DNA of 64,000 bases, filler included, from Streblomastix strix (taxonomy: Eukaryota): assembly GCA_008636045.1 (NCBI GenBank). It is 3 parts of 3 records of this genome, joined end to end, with 100 filler letters (N's around TTAATTAATTAA, not from the genome) between each part and the next. Parts side by side here need not be neighbours in the genome. Positions count along the whole stretch, not along the records: positions 1 to 21,291 come from SNRW01000381.1; 2 more parts are not named here. One strand, 5' to 3'. Every line of letters begins with the position of its first letter. Position 1 is the first letter of the stretch. The translations under genes and the position numbers were made by a program. The notes beneath the pieces were generated by a model. The model was given only the letters and a program-made list of their open reading frames with translations, was not told the origin of the DNA and ran no database searches. Shown one piece after another: positions 1-13,018 of the stretch.

Positions 1-2066
1 TATTAGGAGTGCATAAAACAATATAGTTTCAATATAAATTTTCAATTCTATAAATCATAGAGTTATTTTTTATAGATGAAATATTATATGTGTACAAGTG
101 TCAGAACAATTTTAGCTGAACCCATATGTATATATATTAATTGTATTTAAGATTATTGATATAAGAAAAACCAATAAAATAAATGAATGATGAGCTATTT
201 TTAATGAAGATTTTGTTATTTTTTAAGCAATGAAAATTTTTATTGGTTATAATTTTGTAGCATTAAGGTTCTATTTTAAATATGCATTATATTTTATACA
301 AATATGATATTTTATTACAGAATATAATATTGAACATATTTATAGAAGCTTGAATGATCTATACTCGAGATGATAAATGTGAAAACTAAAAGATCAATCA
401 TCTCATATGTATACAACCAAGTTTCAAATAAATATAAAATACTTAGCAAAAATATTAATATTTTTTTATTTAATTTATTAATTAAATTAATTTAAATAGA
501 ACCATGCTAATATTCATCAAAATAATAAAAAATTGCATAATAGCTTATATGAATTTTCAAATTTATTTATTTGTAAATTTATAAAGTAATATACTTAATT
601 TGCTATAAATGCAAATAAAATTTATAGATTTTATATAATTGGTGCACTTCAAGAATCTTTTCTTATTTTCAGAGATTTTTTTGAATATTATATTTTTAAA
701 ATAAAATTAAGTTTTCGTTTGTTTTATACTATAATTGATAGGTATCCAGAAAATTATTTATTTTATACAATTTGTTTATAGAATTTTTTTTTCACTCTTA
801 AATTTTTTTCTAAATCTACACATTCATTATCATTTTGAAACAATAGATTTATCTAACACCAATGGGGACCTAATTTTTTTATTATCAATTTATGATTTAA
901 ATTATTCATTCTTTATTTTGAGTTTTTCTCAATATGGGTAATTATTTGTATGATTCAAGGTTAGATAACTTTGAGATTTAATAATATAAATAAATTTAAA
1001 TCTGTTAAATTTAAAAATTTAATTTCAACAAACTTTATAGCAGTTCGTCTTCGGCAAGTAAAATAAATTTTAAAAAAATTATTTTTTTCTTACTTAAACA
1101 TTTATTTAAAATAATTTTATAAAATTTTAATAATATATATTACAATTTTAAAAATTAGATGATTATTAAGTAAATTATATAAAGAGGCGCAACTGAATTT
1201 AGTTTTTTGTAAAAAAAATTATTTTGATGCAGAATATTATTTTATCAATTTAATTTATAATAAATATAACATAAATAACTTTTAAATTTTAATTTTAATA
1301 TTAAATAGAAAAGTTATACACTTTTTAAAAATTTTTTGAATTGAGCAAATAATCTCCCATATCTATTTTTTGACGTATTAGGAAAGTGAAAATTTTTTTT
1401 ACAATGGTAAAAATACACAATTTTTTAAAAAAGCCACTTTTTTTCTCATTATAAATTAATGATGGGTAAATTACCCGATTTTTAATTTTACATTTGAATA
1501 TTTTAAATTTTATTCGGGTAGAATTAAATTAAAGCAAAATGATATTCTGCATCAAAATAATTGAAAAATTTATTAGACGTAAATATTCATGTTCTGCTGA
1601 TGAAAATTCAACTAAGTTAATAATTACAATCATTGATTATTGTATAAAATGTTAGATAGAAAATAATAAGTCCAGTTCCATAGTAATTAAGCCTTTCTTC
1701 GCCAAAAAAATTCATCATTTTTCTGTTGATAAATAAAAGTGTTTAAAGTTGATAATCCGAAATAGTAACAATTATAGATAATCCGAAATATAAATATTGA
1801 GATATAGTTAAATATAAAATATGTAAAATGAAACAATTTTATAATTGAATGATAAGAAATATTTCTATTAAAACAAATAAAAGTAAAATTTTGATATGTG
1901 TCACTAAGATAGTATAGTAATATAAGTTTATTTTTATGAGTTATTATTAAATATTAAAAATTTGTTGATAAATTGTAAACATTATTGTATTTTGTATGAC
2001 TAATTGTCGCATTAAATTTAATTATTATTTTTTATAAAATTATTAATTTTTTTATTGACTAATAGA

Positions 2067-3450
2067 ATGGAATCAGATTCAAACGATAATGAATGTGCAA
2101 AATTATGTAATAAACTTGGGAAATTCCAAATAGTTGAACAGCATGCATTACTCGATTCTGTAGAATTATATGCAGAAAAAGGAGCAGAAAACCCGGTAAG
2201 TGATGGAAATAATAGATTTTACATGTAATTCCACAAAACGGGTGTTTACAACTAAATCAAGGAATTATTATTTAAAGAGTCTAAGAAAGGTGATATTAAA
2301 ATCTGGGAATCATTCTACTCTGAACATGCAATTCAAATTGTTCGTGTGTTTCTATATATGAAAAAAGGGTAATAGATCAGAAAATATTTATTAAGAATCT
2401 GTAGATAAGTTGTTTCTGATTCCATTATAATAGCTGCACGCAAAAATAAAGAAAGTAAATGAAAGCGGAGAAGATATAATTGATGAAGATTTAGAAATGC
2501 TAATCAAGTAAGAAACGAAGTTATTGTTATCTATTTCTTGCATTCATCATCTTAATCAAATTTATTTTCTAAGGAAAAATAATATTGAAGAATAGATTTA
2601 TTAGTTTCTACATGTTTTATTCCCAAATGGACTCATCTGCAAACAATAGCTAAATATTCCAATAACTTTGACAACCATCAATTTCAAAGAAGCATTTTTC
2701 AAAGCCTCATTTCACCTATCTCAAAATACAAACTAAAAAGAAAATAATTCTGTTAAACAAGTAATTATTCATCACTAAGCTCAATTTGTGATAAAATTAT
2801 AAAGGGAAATAATTATTCCCAACAGAAAAAACATATTGAGTTTAAACTCTCTCTTCTTAGCTTCATCTTTCTATAAAACAATACAATTTCCCATCACATT
2901 ATATTATGAGTATATTAAACAGCAATAATTGTGTGAGGATATTACTACAATTTCTGGACTTATTCCATCACTAACAGCTTTTGTAAAGTTCAATGACAAT
3001 AATAGTATAAACGATGAGTTCTTTATCAAAATAAGGGAGATCCAACTAAACATTCTCAAATTGCTATATTGCATTTTTACTCGATGTTCAAAAGAAACAT
3101 TATATCATTTTGTTTGTATATTCAAATGTCTTGATATATTTGATAATGTAATTGGAGCAGGTTTTGGATTAATAAATTATAATGAAGATATTATTCACTA
3201 AGCATTGACAACAATAAATATGTTGCTGTATAAGTTTAAAGATAAATAATTTCAGGGTTTAATGTAATAATAGCTATTCCATGAAGTTGAATAATAATTA
3301 GAAGAAAAAGGGAATTTTGAAGAAATCGATTCAAATATTTTCATCTCAGGGCAGATACAGTGGAAAATCAAACATCCATCCAAAGACATTCGGTTTTATA
3401 TGGTTAATGTAGAAAAAGACCTATCAAACAAAAGTAATTAGGAATTTTGA
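2067..3450 (+). CDS. Lineage-specific helical (ARM-like) orphan protein, paralog of 36094-37410; one apparent frameshift near 2445-2462 and an intron at ~2508-2573
   Basis: Open when TAR=Gln. Shares motifs with the 36-37 kb gene (YAEKGA..NRFY vs IAENGA..NRIY; DNVIGAGFG vs DAVGTGGG; EEIDS). TGA stop at 3448-3450. Confidence 0.6.
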
Positions 3451-3526
3451 GCAAAAGATCTGTCATTTTACCAATAATTTGTTTTCAAAATTTAAAAATA
3501 TTTATTAAATAATAATAATAACACTC

Positions 3527-4366
3527 TAGGCGTTTTATACTGACGGACGGATTTGACGGATCCGTCCGCAGAGAGTTTGTCCCATGACGGATTTTTTTCA
3601 TTCAAATAATGAAAAAGACAATAAAAAATTTTTTTTGAAAAATTTCAAAATTTAAATACTAACAATTATGATACAGATTTATGATGAACAGTCATTATAT
3701 ATTAAATACATATAGTTTATGATACAGTTGTTTAATAAATATGTCTAGATGGCAAAATCGACGAAAATATTTTTCATAAAAATAGCAGGATTATGAACAT
3801 CAAATTAATAAAAAATATGAAGAAAATAACATAAAACGTTGATTTAGTTAATATATTAAAAGAATTAAGAAATTATTTACAAATTACGAACATTTTTAAA
3901 TTTAAATATCTTTCTTAGGTAAATACCACTCATAATAGGGAAATAAAATATACAATAATGAATAAATTCAATTTATAAAAATAAAATGCATATTTATTAG
4001 TCACAATTAAATAAAATTAAACAGTGATATGAATGAAATCAATGGTTGAAATTTCAAAAAATAAAAATTTAAACTCTTCGTTCAATAGACATGCAAACAT
4101 GACATATTCATGAGTAAATGCCCTATATTAATAAATAAGTAAGATGTTAATTAAAAAATGAAGTTTGAAATAATATAGGAGTCAAAATTTGGAAAATAAA
4201 ATAAAAATGTGAAATGTGCCATCGCTGAGTGTGCGGATTTTTAAAAGTATCAAAAATGAAGTGTACATATATTATAGTGTTATATTATACACTCAAAACA
4301 AATCCGCATCTATTACTAAAATCCGTCCGGAAATCCTCGATTTTTTGTCGATTTTTTAAAAGCCTA
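3527..4366. mobile_element. Non-autonomous hAT-like MITE (~840 bp)
   Basis: Perfect 8-bp TSD TAACACTC (3519-3526 and 4367-4374); short TIRs TAGGCGTTTTATA / TTTAAAAGCCTA; subterminal GACGGA/TCCGTC repeats at both ends. Confidence 0.85.
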
Positions 4367-5144
4367 TAACACTCATTTCTAATAAAAAATAAATATATAA
4401 TTAATGCTTTTTGCAAATAATTTTTTTAATTCATACTTATAATTGCATTTTTCATAATTCCAGAATTATTTTTATTTAATATTCTTCCTTAATTCAAATA
4501 TTGTTTAAATTGAATTAAAATATATTAACATTTAAATTCTAATCATAATTTACTAAATTTAAGCTAATTAATATATAAAATCACATAAACAACCCAGCCG
4601 TCAATAAAGGCCTCCACACTTTTTTGGAATACGATCAACCCTTAAAGTGGATCAGATCAAACGAACTGGCATGAATAGCAATTACAATGTAGCGGTGACA
4701 TGCTAAATTTGTTTCTATATTTTAATATTAGAAACCTTGATAGCATTCAATGCTCATCGGAATCTTTGTTATCAGTACTTTCTGATGTAGTAGATGAAAT
4801 TTCTTAGAAGGTTGCCAGCTCGTCTGCGGCATCAGTGCATTGAGACTGGTCCTTAAGCTTTTGGAGTCCGTAAATAATGGTAAGACGGTAAGTTAAATAA
4901 ATTTAATCAAAGTGGAAGCCTTTATTTACGGCTGAGTTGCTTACAAATTTAACCATTCTTCTAGGTTTTGTACCACCCAGGCCGTCATATAAGGCCTCCA
5001 CTCTTTATTGGAATAATAAGTCATTTAAAGATATATTTTTCCATAAATTTATTTATTGAAAATAAATTATCTGTTTATCATATTCTTAATATTAGGTTAT
5101 AAATTTTATATAATTTATCAATATTAATTATGTTATTATAATAT

Positions 5145-5265
5145 AGGCTTAAATGCCATTCGGAAATTGCCGAGACATGTTAACTAAAGGCTTAATCACC
5201 TTTCGGAAAATGTCGAGACATATTAATTATAGGCTTAGTCACCCTTCAGATAATGCTGAGATATT
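5145..5265 (+). repeat. 43-bp imperfect tandem repeat x3 in the DIRS 3' region
   Basis: AGGCTTA...TCGGAAA..CGAGACAT units start at 5145, 5188 and 5231. Confidence 0.75.
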
Positions 5266-5399
5266 TCATATATCGTAAAGAACCAATATTAGAGTGCAGA
5301 ATGTATATCCACTATCGAGGTATAGTGATTTCCGAACGCAACTTCATCATCAGCACCTTACAAATATACATTACATATAAAATTTAGATACAGACCTCT

Positions 5400-6360
5400 T
5401 TACATTTATCAGTAAAGATCCTAAATCTCTTTGTATTGGTTTGCAATAAAAGGCATCCACAACATTAGATGTTAAAATATGTCGGGAGAATGCGTTAACT
5501 TCCAAAATTGAAGATCCAAAAGCTCGTAGTTTTTTCATCGACCTGAGTCAAATTGATGGTCCATTGTAAGGTTATTATATACCAGCATTCCTCAGAAGTG
5601 ATGTGAGACTTTGGCTGCAATAAGTTGATGAAGCAGATTTAGATTTATTAAAGTTCCAGAAGACAGAATCTCCAACTTGTTTAACTGATCTTCTCTTATC
5701 AATCCATTTCCTTAATGTATTAACAAGGCAGAGCTTTGTATTAGTCTTGTTTAATTTTATTTATTCATTTCTTACTCTATTGCCCTTCCTGATCTATGTA
5801 TTAAGGATCATGCATTTGTCTTGCTCTTAATTTATGTCAGAAAGTTGCATCCGAGAAAGTTCAGTCATTCTTGCTGCATAGAAAATGACTAGAAGAGACA
5901 TTAAGTGAAGTTGAACTTCATAAGGTGATCTAAAATCTGTAGCTTCAATATAATCAAGTAACCTGTCTAAGTACCAGACAACATCATATCTATCTCTAGA
6001 TTCCATATTTAAATTTAAGCACCTTGTAAAATTTCTAATTAATTCTGATTCACTAATTTTTGGCATCTTGGGGAATTACAAAAGCATTGAGCTTACATGC
6101 GTTTTCAGAGAGATTAGATTTGACTTCCTACTTTTACCTTCTAACTCATTTATCCAAGCCATTGCATTGACCACATGAATGTCTGGACGTTCAGCAATTA
6201 ATTACTCAGATTTTATGTTTCTTAATTTAATATATTGGCTCATCAGTGTAAGTCTTTATCTTCTTTTCCTCCATGTCTCCCAATTTGAGTTATCAATCAT
6301 TTATTGTATTCCTTATTAATCAAGTCCAGCTAATTACGCCAATTCTCTATATAACTGTTC
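5400..6360 (-). pseudogene. DIRS tyrosine recombinase (element 1)
   Basis: FYAARMTELS (first catalytic Arg), LCLVNTLRKW, VNAFSRH and DAFY motifs. Confidence 0.8.
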
Positions 6361-8270
6361 TCCAGCTGAATACTTGTCAGAAGAAGAGCAGAAAGGTTTC
6401 CGGGTGGTAGTTTCAGATTCAATTTATCTAGTGATTTAACCTTTTCGAGTATCATCTCCACTTTTACCAGGTCTATTTCGTAAATTATCGTAGGAACAGG
6501 TGTTTTAAATTTATTCGGACATCACTTCGGCAGAATAAATAAGGCAGTTGCTGGTTCCATCTTGAGTTTCTTGATGACTCTTGGAATTAACTCTATTGGT
6601 GGGTGAAGTAGTAGTTACTCGTTATTCCATGGAATGCTGAACGCTCTGAGTTTTGCTTCTGCTTTTCTGTTCTTCAATAGCGAGCAATACCTTTTATATT
6701 GTTTTGTGATTCGAGTCGCAAAGGCATCGAGTTAAGGGTAGAGTTGGAGTCTTTGCATTATTTCTTAGAGAATCAGAGGGTTAATCTTATAATCTTCTCT
6801 CCAGGCCAGTCTTCTTAATGCATCCGTTGAGCTATTCTGTAGACCAGGAATGTGAACGATCACTAGACTAATCTTCAATTGATCTTGCAATTTAAATATA
6901 GCTCTAATCAGATGTATTCTATTAGAGGACCCTTTCTATTTTCGTAATGAATACTCCACCGTCTAGTTATCTGTCTCTAGTGTTAGACATTTAATCTTCT
7001 CTTGTATTAGTATTGGTACAAACGATCGGAGTAATACCAAGACTGCAGCTGTTTTCCGTTAATTGCTATTGCTCAATTGCCAATTATTGTACCACTAGCC
7101 TGCATCCATCAACTTGATATTCGGAGTCACCAAAGTTGAGCCCCATCCCGATTCCGATGCATTTGTAGATAGAGTTATTGTTGATGGTAGTTCCAGTAAT
7201 ATCCTTGGTCTATTCTCACGAACAATAATCAGCCATTAGTAGAAATTATTAAGGATCCTTCTAGTCAATTTTACTTTGCAATTCCAACCTCCTTTCCTAA
7301 TTGCTTAACATTTCAGTAGATTCAATGAGTTCAGATTTAATGAAACATTCTGGAACCGAAACCATAGAAAATTCAACTGGACTATCAGAATCGCAAGATC
7401 TTTCAATTGAATAATTTGTCGACTCTTAGTCGCTTGAATCCATTTTCTAATTAGTGTTATAATCAATTTTCTTCTCTATGGTGGCATCAATACCTCCATC
7501 TATGTCGAAGACCTTTGCCAGCCTAAATACTTGAATGTGGTTGATGGAAGTACGTTACATTTTTTAATCTAAAGCATCCACCTTAACTATTTGAGAAAAT
7601 CGATTACTTCTAAGGTAATTCTATTCAATTCCGTTTTACTCTTGTGAATTAGGATTATGACGTCTATGTAATTGGGCACTTTCAATGAAATCCATCTTTT
7701 TCTGATCGCATTGATCGCAAGTTATATTGTCTTATTGAAAATGTGTGGGGTATTTCGATAGCCAAACGGTAGACCTCTATAAACGAAAGTCTTCCCATGA
7801 AGGTAAAACCGAAATATGGAAAAAGTTGATCTGGCACTCTGATATGGTGATAAACATCTTATAGATCTAGAGTTATGGCGAAATCTGAAGGTTCCAAAAT
7901 CTACTTTATGGATTCTACTCCTTCCATTTTGAACTTCAGCGGTGTCGTCAATTAATTGATATTTCTACAATCCAAGATCTTCCGTTGTTTTTCATCTGGT
8001 TTGGGGACCAGTAATGATGAATTGAAGATTCGAATATTATCAGTTTCAATCTCATTACCTGCCTAGATTTCTTTTATAAGTTGATTCTAGTATTCCAACA
8101 TCTGTTTCTTGGAGCCATGATATTCGTTGTAATGTTGCATTGCTTCTAACTGTTTAAGAGCTTCTATATAGGTCCAATTTGGTGTTGCACCCATCCTAAC
8201 GTAAGATCCCCCATTGGTTAAATCTCATTCGTGGATCTTTGTTGTCAGTCTATCTGGTACAGAGACATTC
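6360..8270 (-). pseudogene. DIRS pol: RT + RNase H + DAM-like methyltransferase (element 1)
   Basis: RT KQRKILDCR, GLPFG and YIDV (degenerate YxDD); RNase H STNASESGWG; HIPGLQNSSTDALR; MT LDAFAT and LHPPIE. Contains frameshifts. Confidence 0.85.
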
Positions 8271-8397
8271 TTGAGATTGAACTCATCCAACTAGAATAGA
8301 GGGCCTTAATTGTAACTATTTTCTACCCACCTCTCTCTTGTACTTCTTTCTATACCTCACTCAGCATCTTTTGTATCATCTTCTGAATCTATATCAT

Positions 8398-9540
8398 TCA
8401 CTTTCCTTGAAGCCGCAAAGTTCTCCACTCTAGTTTATCTTGGTTGTATTGATTGAGATCCAACTCGCTACGCATTTTGCTGCTATGATTATATCGGAAT
8501 TTGAGGAATTTACTATGAAATGAGTTTAAAACTATGAATAATTTTCGATGATACTCCACATGACCATTAGACATTATGCTCCTCTGGAAATTAATGCTCA
8601 AATTTAGGATATGATTAATGATAGGCAAGGTTCATTGGCTGTTGATAGAATGTATTTTATAATTATTAGTAGAACTGTTATTCAGAATTCTGAATGAAAC
8701 CAAACTTTTTCTTCTTCCAAGGTCTAGAATGCAAACATTATTAAATGAACTGAATGCTTTACAATCTCGAATTAATGAATCTTGACTGATAGCCAAAATT
8801 GTTTGGTATTTAGAATTGAGGTTAGGGAATTTAACTCGCTACTTGATTGCTTATTTATTTAGAAGATTATTATGATTTTTCCGGTGTAATCTGTACTTCT
8901 GGTGCTGTTTCACTTGTTGGAGTTATTATTTTGAGAACCTTATTGAATTTTTTAATTTTTACCTTAGATTCGCGCCCAAGTACAGCGAAAATGTTATTAT
9001 ATTTGCCCGGCACTGCTTTGTATTGCTCCGAAACAAGAGCTGTTTCTTTTCACTGTTAAGAATCTCCTGCGATTATACGTATGGCATGGTGACAAGTGAG
9101 AAAGAACCTTTGCGTAGCTTAGAAATCTCCTTGATTCAAGGCTGTTGAGCCTGCAACGCATGCTCTTTGGATCAGTACAGCCATTCTTGCGGTTTCAATT
9201 TCATCTTCTGGGTCCGCTCCCCCTGAACCTGGCGTTACTCCATTCTTCTTAAATTCAAGTCCCAACGTTTCATCATCTCGTTGAAGTATGAGTTCTTTCA
9301 CATGCTTGGTTGCTCGCTCGCCCGTAAGGTCTAAGTTTTCCGCCTTTTTCGCGTAATACACCTCATACATTTTAGTGGTGACGTCAAGTTGTACTTGTCA
9401 CCTCATAGATTCAGGAGAGTCAGGGGTACGGTCTATTAAATCGCGCATCCAAGGAGGAATGACTTAATATTCTTCATTTTCCCCGCCTCTCGGTGGATCC
9501 TGCTCCTAAGTGTTAGGCGCTCCGTCACGCTCCTTATCAT
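8398..9540 (-). pseudogene. DIRS gag-like ORF1 (element 1)
   Basis: Long TAR-readthrough frame upstream of pol, including the supplied ORF 9119-9370; no recognisable domain. Confidence 0.5.
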
Positions 9541-9938
9541 GAATATTTAGACCGTTTACGGTTGACAAATCACTTCTGAACATTTAGGATGCGCGTATAC
9601 CTATACTTTTAGTTTGTTTCATCTGACCCATGTTAAAGGTTGATCATATTCCAATTAACAGTGGAGGCCGTATATGACGGCCAGGGTGGTATAAAACCTA
9701 GAAGAATGGTTTGGTTTTCAATTTAAAGACAAATAATAAGGAAACAAAAGCATTAACAAAAATTCATCACTCAATATGTGAATTATCGATATAATATTTT
9801 GAAATTAAAATTTATTAACAGATATTAAATATTTTATAATTATATATAACAAATTACAAATTTATATTGAATTAAACCAATAAGTTTAAAATTTATAATT
9901 ATATTATGAATTTATTAACAGTTTAATAGAAACTAATC

Positions 9939-12580
9939 ATGTACAAACAATTCACAGGAATAATTTTTGCTCTTATTACTATTTTATTTGGGATAAGTAA
10001 TTTGAATTCAATTGTCACTGTACCTGGTGCCGCTCTAAATAGGATGGAATATCGATTGAAAAACGAAGAAAATTCCGCTTACAAACCGATATGGTTTGAA
10101 ATCAACGCCGTTTCAAAGAATAAATCGATATATGTAAAAGATATGGAGATTAAGTATGATCATTTGACTGATGAATATTCGAGTGCTGATCATATTGATA
10201 TTAGACCTCAAAATTATGGCGGAATTGAAGTATGATTAATTTTAATTGTATTACAAATTAAATATTGACTATTTTATATTTATTAGGGAATAACTATTAT
10301 AGACCCTGAATATCCACAAACCGAAAGATTCCGGTCCACAATAGAACATCTTGAAAGTATTGGTTATTAAGTAGGACGAATCTTTTTGGAGCACCAGTAT
10401 AAATCGTTAAAATATTTTTATATTTGTTTATTTGAATCCTATGTCAAATATACTTTGCAGTATGATTTTAGACTTGCTGGACCAATAAATTTGCGGGTGT
10501 CCGATCACAAACAACCACCTTTATTTATTTTTAAAATAGTATAACATGATTTAAAGTTATTAAAAGTTGGAATTGCAAAATGTTTAAAAATGCACCTTGA
10601 CGAAGTTGATCGAAAAAATTTTTTTGGTTCGCTAGCCAGAAGCAGGTTGTATATGCTCTTGAATTTTATTTATTTTATTTTATAAAAATAATTTAATTAA
10701 TATTATTAATATTTGCAATATTTTTAGGCACCAGCAATGGAGAATAAATATATTTTTATATTTTCCATTCTTTGAAACATTCAAAAAATTATTTTTATTA
10801 TTTAATTTTGAATTTGATGCTTTTTATTTATTAATTAAATTTTGTATAATAAAATTGATAATTTATAATATATGCGCCGCAAATTCGCAGTTTTTATTTT
10901 TTTCATTTTCGCGCATTTGCACTTTTGTCAAAATAAACGTAATATTCGAATTTTATAATCTGTATTTTATGGTCTATTTACATTAATTATCATAAAAAAC
11001 TAAAATTAAACATTTGATGCAGCGAAAAGTAAAAAATAAAGAAAATCTTCGTTTTCGCGTGCGCCAATGCCAAAAAATATTACAAATTTTAATATAATTA
11101 ATAATAAAATATTTATAAAATAAATTAATCAAAATTCATTAGCATATATAAACTGCAGATGGTTCACGATCCAAAAATTTTTTTTGCGCAAATTGCCTAC
11201 AATGCATTTCTGAAGATTTTACAACTCCAGCTTTTGTTTGTCTTAAATCATATTATATTTTTTTTAAAATAAAGTCAGAGTGGTTGGTACTGATTCGACT
11301 CACCCATTTGAAGAAATTTGGTGTTTTTGCAGATCTTTAAAAATTGATTGAAAAAGCATATGAAGTGAATAATAATAAGAAAGTCTTCATTATTGGTCAT
11401 AGTTTTGGTTTGCTTAACTACTTATCAATATAATATTATCTTTCATTATAATGATATTTATCTATTTAATATTGTTTATCTAGGATGCACCCTAGCTAAC
11501 CATTTCCTTTCCACGTTTGTATCTATATCATGGAAATAGAAATACGTTTAAGCATATTTATCAATTAGTGGTCCGTACAGAGGAGCTGTTGAATGTTTTG
11601 CTTCTGTTGCTGTATATCGATAATGGATTGTATTTATTTTATTTTTACTTTTGAAAATCTTTATTTAAATTTATTGATAATTTCTTTTATTTTATTATAG
11701 TATATATTTTTATATAATTTTGTGATTGTAATTTTTTACAATAAGGTTTCCAGAATTACATTAAAACAATCATATGATGGATAAAAATGTATGAATATTA
11801 TTAATTTATTTAATAATTTAATAATATCTGAATTTGATTAATACAAAAACATGTTTTATTTTACGCAGATATGGCTCCAAATTATTGGATGTTGCCTAAC
11901 AAGTTTGGATTTGATGAAGATAATGATATTATTGCAGAAATACCTTCAATAAATATATCACTTACTATTAAAAATTTGACATGGGTATTTGAATCAACTG
12001 GTTTGATTTATATTTTATAATTATGAAATTCTTTTTATTTATTCAATTTTTCGCTATTTTTCTATTACTATAATAATTTCTATTTATTTACTCATTAATG
12101 TGCACTAATATTTTATCTTTTATTTATTTAATTTGATTAATAGGAAGGTAAAAACAACTCAAAGCATCCAACAATGTCGAAGATATTCGAAATTAAATCG
12201 AAACACCAGGTGTGAAATCGTACATATTCATGTGCACTGGTGTAAATACAATAGTTAAGATGCTATATAACTATAACTTCAGTCAATCATAATTGAATGA
12301 AAGCAAAGAAACACAGGTACATAATTAAGTAGAATCATAGAAAGATTATTGGTGGAAACATGAAGGAGTCGAAATTTATGGCGATGGAGATAATTCTGTT
12401 TCTGTTAAGAGTCTAAGAGTTCCTCATCTTTGGAAGGAGAAGCAGAAAGAACCAGTTATTGTCAAAGAGTATTCAGGTAATGGGGTTGACCACTCTGCGA
12501 TTTTGAGGGATAAGAAATTCTTGAATGACTTGAGTGAGATTTTGGTAGGAAATAAAATTGATGAAGGAAAAGAGATATGA
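9939..12580 (+). CDS. LCAT / lysosomal phospholipase A2 (PLA2G15)-like acyltransferase; multi-exon, with a MITE in exon 3 and a 1-nt frameshift in exon 2
   Basis: Signal peptide, VTVPG, GAP|YDFR, IIGHSF|G (nucleophile), WKQKYV..ISGPYRGA, GDGDNSV and terminal DHSAIL; GT-AG introns; TGA stop at 12578-12580. Confidence 0.85.
10494..11305. mobile_element. MITE (~810 bp) with long imperfect TIRs, inserted in an LCAT exon
   Basis: Ends CGGGTG...CACCC; ~150-bp degenerate inverted arms; 5-bp TSD ATTTG (10489-10493 and 11306-11310). Removing it restores ...GPINLKKFGVF... Confidence 0.85.
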
Positions 12581-13018
12581 ATTTCAAATATTAAAATAAC
12601 TGTAGTTTGATAGTTTTACTTACATAATAATTAGTAGTATAAATTCATTTTTATGAAGAAATAAAATTTGGTTCAAAATTCATTTGTAGTTATCTCCATA
12701 AGAGACTCTTGTTTCACCTCTTTATTTTGAGATTGCCAAATTGGCCGCTGGGACTATGTGCTCCGTTGAGCTGCCCATCCCTATGGGTCGGCCATGTATA
12801 ATAATACAAAAAGAAAGCGTTAAAATTACTGCTTGAAGTGCCAATACTGATTTTCTCTGACTAAAAAGGTCCCAGTCGAGGTGATAAACAAAAGCAATCG
12901 AGTGATGTGAGGGTAAAAAATTAAAAGAGAAACCTCCTCTCCTTAGTTTCATCTTGTAGGAGTAAGGAAAAGAGAAATTTTGTTCTAAAAATTGTGTATG
13001 ATATTTATCTAAAAAATC

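Larger units (their letters stand above)
4585..9715 (-). mobile_element. DIRS1-type tyrosine-recombinase retrotransposon (element 1), full length, degenerate
   Basis: Inverted terminal repeats (~4590-4680 and ~9610-9712); internal complementary region ~4905-5015; gag-like, RT, RNase H, adenine-methyltransferase-like and YR coding remnants on the minus strand. Confidence 0.9.

Noticed and set aside
1140..1645. Degenerate inverted repeat (AATTATTTTGATGCAGAATA at ~1217, inverse at ~1543), possibly an old MITE
   Set aside because: No clear termini or TSD could be defined in very AT-rich sequence.
5145..5265. CRISPR-like look of the 43-bp palindromic repeats
   Set aside because: The units are contiguous with no unique spacers, there are no cas genes, and they lie inside a eukaryotic retrotransposon.
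6490..8235. TGA at Trp positions in DIRS element 1 (LPK*C, HE*DL) as evidence for UGA=Trp
   Set aside because: The elements are decaying and also show TGG>TAG changes and frameshifts, so these codons are uninformative. The same applies to TGAs in the viral ORFs.
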